Assembly: GCA_030700065.1 (NCBI GenBank)
Contig: JAUYKH010000003.1
Location: 2,876 to 66,875 of the forward strand
Reading direction: 5' to 3'
Source of the DNA: a bacterium
Lineage (GTDB): Bacteria; Patescibacteriota; Doudnabacteria; UBA920; 2-01-FULL-46-14
DNA length: 64,000 bases
Made by a program: the position numbers and the translations under genes. Each line of letters begins with the position of its first letter. Position 1 is the stretch's first letter. This document shows, one piece after another, positions 57,933 to 64,000 of this stretch. The notes beneath the pieces are model-generated. The model had not been told where the DNA came from, did no database searches, and was given only the letters and a program-made list of their open reading frames with translations.

Positions 57933-59159
57933 ATGATTAATCCATTTGAAACCGCGAAAGCACAATTGGACAAAGCGGCCGCGACCGCGAATTTGGATTC
58001 GGATTTGATTGAACGCCTGAAGGTGCCGGATCGCTACGTCGAAGTTAGTATTCCCGTGGTGATGGATAATGGCGAGCAGAAAATTTTTACCGGATTCAGA
58101 AGCCAGCATAACAACGCCCGAGGGCCCTACAAAGGGGGAATTCGTTTTCATCCGGAAGTGAGTCTGGACGAGGTGCGGGCCTTGAGTTTCTGGATGACTT
58201 TCAAAAATGCCGTGGTTGGCGTTCCCTTCGGCGGGGGCAAGGGGGGAGTTGTTTTTGATCCCAAGAAAGTCAGCCCCGCGGAATTGGAAAAAATTTCCCG
58301 GGGATACATCCAAAAAATTTCCCGCCTGATTGGGCCGGAGCTGGACGTGCCCGCGCCGGATGTCAATACGAATTCGCAGATTATGGATTGGATGGTGGAC
58401 GAGTACGCGAAGCTGACCCGGAACAAAAACGCCCCGGCCTGTTTTACGGGTAAATCCCTGGGCAACGGCGGGAGCGAGGGGCGGCAGGAGGCGACAGGGT
58501 TCGGCGGGGGCATCGTTTTGCGCGAAGTTTTGGCCAAGAATTTAATTCAAGCGAGAGGAAAAACGATCGCCATCCAAGGCTTTGGCAATGTGGGCCAATT
58601 TATTGCCGAGGCAGTGGCCAATCTCGGCTGGAAGATCGTAGCCCTCTCGGACAGCAAGGGGGGAGTGTATAACGAAGCGGGTCTCAATCTGACAGAAGCC
58701 GAAGCGCACAAAAAGCAGACTGGCGCGCTCAAGGATCTTTCCGGTTCAGCCAACATTACCAACGCGGAACTTTTGGAGCTTGGCGTTGATGTGCTCATTC
58801 CGGCCGCCTTGGAGAATGTATTGACCGCGGAAAACGCGGGGCGCGTCAAAGCCCCGCTTATTTTTGAGATGGCCAACGGGCCGACAACCACAGAGGCAGA
58901 TGAAATTTTTCAAAACAGCGGCAAGATCGTGATTCCCGACATTCTGGCCAACAGCGGGGGAGTGGGCACCAGTTATTTCGAATGGTATCAGAACATGCAC
59001 GGCGAACATTGGCCGCGCGAGCAGGTTTTGGACAAATTAAAAAGCCTGATGATTCAGGCGTTTGCTGATGTTTTTACGGTCCATAAAAAATACCAAACAT
59101 CTTTTCGTTCCGCGGCCTATATTCTAGCCGCCGAGCGGCTTGCGGAAGCAGGCAGTTAA
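57933..59159 (+). CDS. Glu/Leu/Phe/Val-family glutamate dehydrogenase
   Basis: KGGIRFHP and GVPFGGGKGGV match the GDH family. The start is the ATG at 57933, just after the trxB stop; the track ORF begins at 57816. Confidence 0.88.
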   Translation: MINPFETAKAQLDKAAATANLDSDLIERLKVPDRYVEVSIPVVMDNGEQKIFTGFRSQHNNARGPYKGGIRFHPEVSLDEVRALSFWMTFKNAVVGVPFGGGKGGVVFDPKKVSPAELEKISRGYIQKISRLIGPELDVPAPDVNTNSQIMDWMVDEYAKLTRNKNAPACFTGKSLGNGGSEGRQEATGFGGGIVLREVLAKNLIQARGKTIAIQGFGNVGQFIAEAVANLGWKIVALSDSKGGVYNEAGLNLTEAEAHKKQTGALKDLSGSANITNAELLELGVDVLIPAALENVLTAENAGRVKAPLIFEMANGPTTTEADEIFQNSGKIVIPDILANSGGVGTSYFEWYQNMHGEHWPREQVLDKLKSLMIQAFADVFTVHKKYQTSFRSAAYILAAERLAEAGS

Positions 59160-59725
59160 GGGTTGGCGCGTTCCACGTATTCGCCGGTTTCGGTGTTCAC
59201 CCGCACAAGCTCGCCTTCTTTGATAAACAGGGGAACGTTTACCACCAGTTTGGTTTCCAGGATTGCCTGTTTCGTGCCGCCGGTCGCGGTGTCACCTCTG
59301 GTGCCCGGCGGGGTGCTTACGACCTTGAGGTCGACTTTGATTGGCAGGTCAATGCTGATCGGTTTATCGTCAAAATAAACCAGGTTGACATCCATGCCTT
59401 CTTTCAAGTAGCCTAATTTGTCTTCCGAGAGATCGCGGGGGATATCCACTGTTTCATAAGTTTCGTTGTTCATAAAATGCGCGCCGCTTGGGTCAGCGTA
59501 CAGAAATTGCGCTTTTTGTTTGGTAATATCCGCGCCTTCGATGCGCTCTCCTGACTTGGCCGAATATTCGACAACTTTTCCGGTGATGAGGTTGCGCATT
59601 TTCATCTGCATGACTGGTTTGCGTTGCTGCATGCGCACAAATTGCGACCACATAATTTCATGCGGTTGGTTGTTGAACACCATTACAGTCCCTTTTTTGA
59701 GGCCCGAGAAGTCCAATGTCGGCAT
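59156..59725 (-). CDS. efp: elongation factor P
   Basis: The 189-aa ORF has the EF-P fold signature, KPGKG-equivalent region and OB domains. Confidence 0.85.
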   Translation of the reverse strand: MPTLDFSGLKKGTVMVFNNQPHEIMWSQFVRMQQRKPVMQMKMRNLITGKVVEYSAKSGERIEGADITKQKAQFLYADPSGAHFMNNETYETVDIPRDLSEDKLGYLKEGMDVNLVYFDDKPISIDLPIKVDLKVVSTPPGTRGDTATGGTKQAILETKLVVNVPLFIKEGELVRVNTETGEYVERANP

Positions 59726-59731
59726 GACGAG

Positions 59732-59953
59732 CTACAATGACGGCACAAACGGCATAAGCGCCATATGCCGGGCGCGTTTCAGGGCTCGCGCCACGACTTT
59801 CTGGTGCGTTGAGCAGGTGCCCGTTCGTTTTTTTCCCAGGATTTTCGCGTGCGGGGACATGAAACGATGCATAAGCTGGATGTCCTTGTAGTCCAGATAG
59901 TTCATCTTATTCTCGCACAGGAAACAATTTTTTCTTTGGTTGATAACCGGCAT
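59732..59953 (-). CDS. rpsR: 30S ribosomal protein S18
   Basis: CFLCENKMNYLDYKDIQLMHRFMSPHAKILGKKRTG matches S18. Confidence 0.9.
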   Translation of the reverse strand: MPVINQRKNCFLCENKMNYLDYKDIQLMHRFMSPHAKILGKKRTGTCSTHQKVVARALKRARHMALMPFVPSL

Positions 59954-60423
59954 TAAAATGGTATATCTTCAACACTGATTTCTTCCGTGTTTGAACCAGG
60001 AGCCGTTTCCGGCGCGCGGCGGGACGGTTCCTCGGCGGCCACATCAATTTGTTCTTCCGCCGCTTGCGGTCTCGCACTTGCCGCGCCGGCCTGCCCTTTG
60101 CTGTCCAACATGATGAGGTTGTCCGCGACAATTTCCGTCCGGTTTCGCTTCGCTCCGTCCTGGCCCTCCCAACTGCGGGTCTGGAGGCGGCCTTCCACCA
60201 GGACGCGGCTTCCTTTGCGCAAATATTGAGCGACAATTTCTCCGAGTTTCCGCCAGGCGACGATGTTATGGTATTCCACGGCCTCTTTTTTCGCGCCCTG
60301 CGGATCCGTCCACACGAAATTTGTCGCGACGCTGAAGGATGTGACGTTCGTCCCGCTAGGCGTGGAACGGGCTTCGGGGTCGCGGGTCAGTCTGCCGACT
60401 ATGGTTGCTCGATTTAAATCCAT
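59953..60423 (-). CDS. ssb: single-stranded DNA-binding protein
   Basis: An OB fold is followed by a Gly/Gln-rich tail ending in DIPF. Confidence 0.9.
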   Translation of the reverse strand: MDLNRATIVGRLTRDPEARSTPSGTNVTSFSVATNFVWTDPQGAKKEAVEYHNIVAWRKLGEIVAQYLRKGSRVLVEGRLQTRSWEGQDGAKRNRTEIVADNLIMLDSKGQAGAASARPQAAEEQIDVAAEEPSRRAPETAPGSNTEEISVEDIPF

Positions 60424-60443
60424 ATTGTTAGGTGCTTAATTAA

Positions 60444-60899
60444 TTATTTGATATTCTCGTTTGATTCCAGGGCTTTTTCGATCTCGGCGTCGAGGTCGAT
60501 GTCAAATTTTTTCTCCCTCTTGACCTTTTCTTTTTCGGCGGGGATTTCTTCTCTCGGCCTCATCGCCTTGAGTTTGGCCTGTTCGGCGCGATCCTTTTCC
60601 ATTTGCGTCAGCGCTTCATCCATGTTCAGAATGAGATACCGAATGATGTTTTGCGTGGTCCGGATGCGGTGTTCGATTTCACTGATTTTTTCCGGCGGCG
60701 CCGAGAAATTGACGACCACATAATAACCGATGCGGGATTTTTTGATCGGATAGGCAAGTTTCTTTTTGCCCGGTTCCTCGTATTTTTCGATCATCCCGCC
60801 GGAATCGGTAATAAATTTTTTGATCTCTTCCGCGACCTTCGGGATCTCGTCATCAGAAGTCTCGCTGCCGACGATGTACATCAGTTCATATTTTGGCAA
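60444..60899 (-). CDS. rpsF: 30S ribosomal protein S6 with a charged C-terminal extension
   Basis: MPKYELMYIV matches S6, and the rpsF-ssb-rpsR order is canonical. Confidence 0.88.
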   Translation of the reverse strand: MPKYELMYIVGSETSDDEIPKVAEEIKKFITDSGGMIEKYEEPGKKKLAYPIKKSRIGYYVVVNFSAPPEKISEIEHRIRTTQNIIRYLILNMDEALTQMEKDRAEQAKLKAMRPREEIPAEKEKVKREKKFDIDLDAEIEKALESNENIK

Positions 60900-61021
60900 T
60901 GTCGTTTGTCCTTCGACATTCTCCTCACACGGAGAAGAATATGCACTTAATCTTTAGTTGTCTTCATAGTGTATATTTAAGCCGAAAAGAAGTCAAGACA
61001 TGTTGTACAAAAATTCCCGTT

Positions 61022-61053
61022 CTAATTTGAATCGCTATAGCGATTCAAATTAG
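61022..61053 (-). terminator. 32-bp perfect palindrome (CTAATTTGAATCGCTA|TAGCGATTCAAATTAG), terminator/operator candidate
   Basis: A 14-bp stem with a TATA loop is followed on the minus strand by AACGGGAATTTTTG. Confidence 0.5.
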
Positions 61054-61071
61054 CATAAACGGGAGGTGCGC

Positions 61072-61791
61072 CTAAATGATCTCAAAGTATTCATAACGAA
61101 AGATCACTTGACGGATATTTGGTGCGAAATCAGCCAATTTAAAGGGTCGTTGGAGCTGACTTTTATGGCTATTGATTGCAGCCAGCTTCTTTTTTGCATG
61201 CTTTTTGATATTGATCCTTGTGAGTTTTGCGTCGGCAGTTCCTTTCAGTTTGCCAGGTCTATAATGACTGTGATGCACTCTCCTTGCGGCGAAAAATTTA
61301 TTAAACCGTCTCATTACTGAAGATGGATTACTTACCAGCCAAATTTGCGATGGCCGGTATTTTGCTTTTTTTGCCCCGGCGACAGCGGCTTTGCCGATCG
61401 TGATATGGTCGTTATGTCCGGTCATTCCTTCTTTCCCAAACGTCGCGATAATCCCCGGCCTTATTTGGTTGATTTTTCGAATAATTACCCGGACGAGCTT
61501 TCCAAAATTTTCATTTATCATCTGTCCATCCTTGTATCCGAGAAACTCCATGGATTTAATGCCCAATATTTTGCAAGCTTTGTGTAGTTCACGCTCACGA
61601 ATCTTTGCCAATTGTTTCTCGGTTGCGGGTTTGCCAAGTTTCGAATTGCCTTTTTCCCCGCGGGTCGCGCAAATCACAGCAACATTTTTCCCGGCTTTCC
61701 GAAACTTCAGCGACGTTCCGGCGAACAAAAAAGACTCATCATCAGGATGGGCGACAATTATCAGCAGATGAGTTTTTGTATTTTTTTGCAC
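61072..61791 (-). CDS. PIG-L/LmbE-family N-acetylglucosaminyl deacetylase
   Basis: LLIIVAHPDDE and HNDHITIGKAA are present. Confidence 0.8.
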   Translation of the reverse strand: MQKNTKTHLLIIVAHPDDESFLFAGTSLKFRKAGKNVAVICATRGEKGNSKLGKPATEKQLAKIRERELHKACKILGIKSMEFLGYKDGQMINENFGKLVRVIIRKINQIRPGIIATFGKEGMTGHNDHITIGKAAVAGAKKAKYRPSQIWLVSNPSSVMRRFNKFFAARRVHHSHYRPGKLKGTADAKLTRINIKKHAKKKLAAINSHKSQLQRPFKLADFAPNIRQVIFRYEYFEII

Positions 61792-61798
61792 CGAAGAT

Positions 61799-62872
61799 TT
61801 ATTTGGAAAACCTGAAATGAACGACGTCGCCGTCTTGTATCACGTAATCCTTGCCCTCGAATCGCAAAAGACCCTTGTCCCGAGCCTGCTGGTAGCCGCC
61901 GCAGTCGATAAGTGTCTTCCAATTAATTACTTCGGCTTTGATAAAACCCTTTTCGAAATCCGTATGGATCACTCCGGCCGCCTGCGGCGCTTTTGTACCG
62001 GCCTTGCAGGTCCAGGCGCGTGTTTCCTTGGACCCGGCCGTGAAAAATGTGATGAGATTGAGAATGTCGTAGCTTTCCAGGATGAGCTTCTCAAGTCCGG
62101 TCATTTGCAAATTGAGTCCCAAAAGATATTCTCGCCTTTCTTTGTCCGGAAGTTGAGTCAGTTCGGCCTCAAGTTTGCAGTCAAGCGCGATAAATTTTTT
62201 ATCTTTGTGGATGTCCTCGCCGCTCGTCGGGGAGAAGGGCCCCGGGGAGATATTGGCCACGTACAACATCGGCTTTCTGGTCAGAAAGGGAAATTCATGC
62301 GAATATTTTTGTTCTTCATCAGTTAGCTTCACATTCAGGGCGCGTTTGCCGGCCGAGAGAGCTTCAAAGTATTTTTCCGCGATTTGAGCCCGTAGAAGGT
62401 CGTCGTGCGTCCCGGATTTGGCCGCCTTTCGCAGGGTTTCGCGTTTTTTCTCGATCATTTGCAGATCAGCCAGAATAAGTTCGGTTTCAATTGTTTCCAT
62501 GTCCTCTTTCGGGTCAACCTTGCCTGAAACATGGATAACATTTTTGTCGTCAAAAAACCTCACAACCTCGACGATTGAGTCCACTTCGCGAATATGTGAA
62601 AGAAATTGATTGCCCAAACCCTCGCCTTTGTGCGCGCCAGCCACGAGCCCGGCGATATCGTTGAATTCAATGACTGTGGGGATGATTTTTTCCGATTTTT
62701 CCAGGGCCGCCAAGCTCGCCAACCGGCGGTCGGGGACCGGCACGACCCCGACATTTGGTTCAATCGTCGCGAAAGGATAATTGGCCGCTTCGACCTCAAG
62801 ATTGGTGAGGGCGTTGAAGAGGGTTGATTTGCCGACATTCGGCAGACCGACTATTCCGATTGAGAATGACAT
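61799..62872 (-). CDS. ychF: ribosome-binding ATPase YchF
   Basis: GIVGLPNVGKSTLFNALT and a TGS domain are present. Confidence 0.92.
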   Translation of the reverse strand: MSFSIGIVGLPNVGKSTLFNALTNLEVEAANYPFATIEPNVGVVPVPDRRLASLAALEKSEKIIPTVIEFNDIAGLVAGAHKGEGLGNQFLSHIREVDSIVEVVRFFDDKNVIHVSGKVDPKEDMETIETELILADLQMIEKKRETLRKAAKSGTHDDLLRAQIAEKYFEALSAGKRALNVKLTDEEQKYSHEFPFLTRKPMLYVANISPGPFSPTSGEDIHKDKKFIALDCKLEAELTQLPDKERREYLLGLNLQMTGLEKLILESYDILNLITFFTAGSKETRAWTCKAGTKAPQAAGVIHTDFEKGFIKAEVINWKTLIDCGGYQQARDKGLLRFEGKDYVIQDGDVVHFRFSK

Positions 62873-62891
62873 AGTATATAATTATAGAACA

Positions 62892-64000
62892 ATGTTGAAT
62901 ATCAATCCAACAATTTTCCATGCCTACGATGTCCGCGGCATCTACCCAAAAGAGATTACCGAAGAAGCGGCTTATGCGATCGGCCGAGGTTTTGCGAAGT
63001 ATTTGATCAATGACCTGAAAAAAGCCCTGCCCTTTTCCGTGGTTTTGGGACAGGATATGCGCGGCTCCTCGCCGTTTTTGGCGCGGGAAGTGGTCCGCGG
63101 GATAAATGACGAAGGAGTGGATGTCACAGACATCGGCCGCGTCCCCACCCCAGCCTTTTACCACGCTGTCGCTTTCAAGGATTTTGCCGGCGGTGTGATG
63201 GTGACCGCGTCCCATAATCCCAAAGAGTATAATGGATTCAAATTTTGCGCGGAAAAGGCCGCCCCAATCGGCGAGGGGACTGGATTGGAAAGAATCAGGG
63301 AATATTCCGGAGTGGAAAGCGAGACCAAGCTTTCCAACAAAGCCCGGGGGCATCTCTCCACTCTCGGCGGAGTCGTCGCGGAATATGTGGCCAGAGATTT
63401 GTCTTTCGCGGATTTGAAAACAATCAAAAAGCTGAAAATCGCCGCTGACCCGGCCAATGCCATGGGCGCGGTGTATCTGGAGGAATTATTCGGCAAAATT
63501 GATTGCGATCCAATCAAAATAAATTGGCAATTGAATGGCAATATGCCGATTCACGAGGCAAACCCGCTCAAGATCGAGACTCTCCAGCAAATTCAGGAAG
63601 TGATCAGAAACGAGAGGGCCGATTTTGGAATCGCCACGGACGGCGATGGCGACAGGATCGTTTTTTTGGACGAGAAGGGACAGGTCATGCCGCCCTATAT
63701 CATCCTGGGGTTGGTGGCACAAGCGCTCCTCAAGAAGTATCCGGGCGCGCGGATCGGCTATGATCTGCGTTCCAGCCGGGTGGTCAAAGAAATGATCGAA
63801 GCGGCAGGCGGAGAAGCGGTCGAGACCAAGGTCGGCCATTCGAACATCAAGGTTTTGATGAAAGAGAAGGATATCCTCTTTGCCGGCGAGCTATCCTCGC
63901 ATTATTATTTCAAGGAAAATTACAATTTTGAATCGCCGGTTTTCGTTACGGCGCAGCTGCTGGCAATCCGCTACGAACTGGACCGGCCATTCTCCGAAAT
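62892..64000 (+). CDS. phosphohexomutase (phosphoglucosamine/phosphomannomutase family), partial; continues beyond window end
   Basis: Hand translation gives the N-terminus MLNINPTIFHAYDVRGIYP and the active-site TASHNPKEYNGFKF. It is absent from the ORF track because it is truncated. Confidence 0.8.
   Translation, partial: MLNINPTIFHAYDVRGIYPKEITEEAAYAIGRGFAKYLINDLKKALPFSVVLGQDMRGSSPFLAREVVRGINDEGVDVTDIGRVPTPAFYHAVAFKDFAGGVMVTASHNPKEYNGFKFCAEKAAPIGEGTGLERIREYSGVESETKLSNKARGHLSTLGGVVAEYVARDLSFADLKTIKKLKIAADPANAMGAVYLEELFGKIDCDPIKINWQLNGNMPIHEANPLKIETLQQIQEVIRNERADFGIATDGDGDRIVFLDEKGQVMPPYIILGLVAQALLKKYPGARIGYDLRSSRVVKEMIEAAGGEAVETKVGHSNIKVLMKEKDILFAGELSSHYYFKENYNFESPVFVTAQLLAIRYELDRPFSE

Overview
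This 64-kb window is a bacterial chromosomal segment with compact, tightly packed genes, few obvious Shine-Dalgarno sequences, many intrinsic-terminator hairpins and short core proteins. Those traits are compatible with a Patescibacteria/CPR-like organism, but that assignment is inference only.

The housekeeping backbone comprises rpsA-like S1, a tRNA-Cys/tRNA-Leu cluster, rpoB-rpoC, valS, tsaD, a two-component system, a PBP1A, typA and a Na+/Ca2+ exchanger. The far right end resumes core genes: a HAD hydrolase, trxB, a glutamate dehydrogenase, efp, rpsF-ssb-rpsR, ychF and a phosphohexomutase.

Between about 29.7 kb and 56.1 kb lies a mosaic accessory region made of at least two integrated elements:
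- Element 1 sits at a tRNA-Glu gene. A large serine recombinase reads through the 3' end of the tRNA. Upstream are an insertion-bearing duplicate of the tRNA 5' half and a GIY-YIG pseudogene. The element also carries a primase-polymerase/AAA replication protein and a SymE-like toxin.
- An interval of about 7.6 kb is bounded by two ~88-bp self-hairpin repeats in inverted orientation. It carries a four-gene operon that I read as a type III CBASS anti-phage system (CdnC-like nucleotidyltransferase, HORMA-like protein, TRIP13-like AAA+ ATPase, NucC-like PD-(D/E)xK nuclease), followed by a second large serine recombinase.
- An AT-rich island holds a GIY-YIG nuclease, an HNH restriction endonuclease, two C5-cytosine methyltransferases, Vsr, a LexA-like repressor, an Excalibur lipoprotein, and a hicBA toxin-antitoxin cassette bounded by 23-bp direct repeats.

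Other unusual items:
- two tRNA-sized, tRNA-derived structured elements between tRNA-Cys and tRNA-Leu
- an in-frame TGA in a GAF-PAS sensor kinase
- a +1 frameshift in a G-run of an OmpR-type regulator
- several long perfect palindromes in intergenic regions
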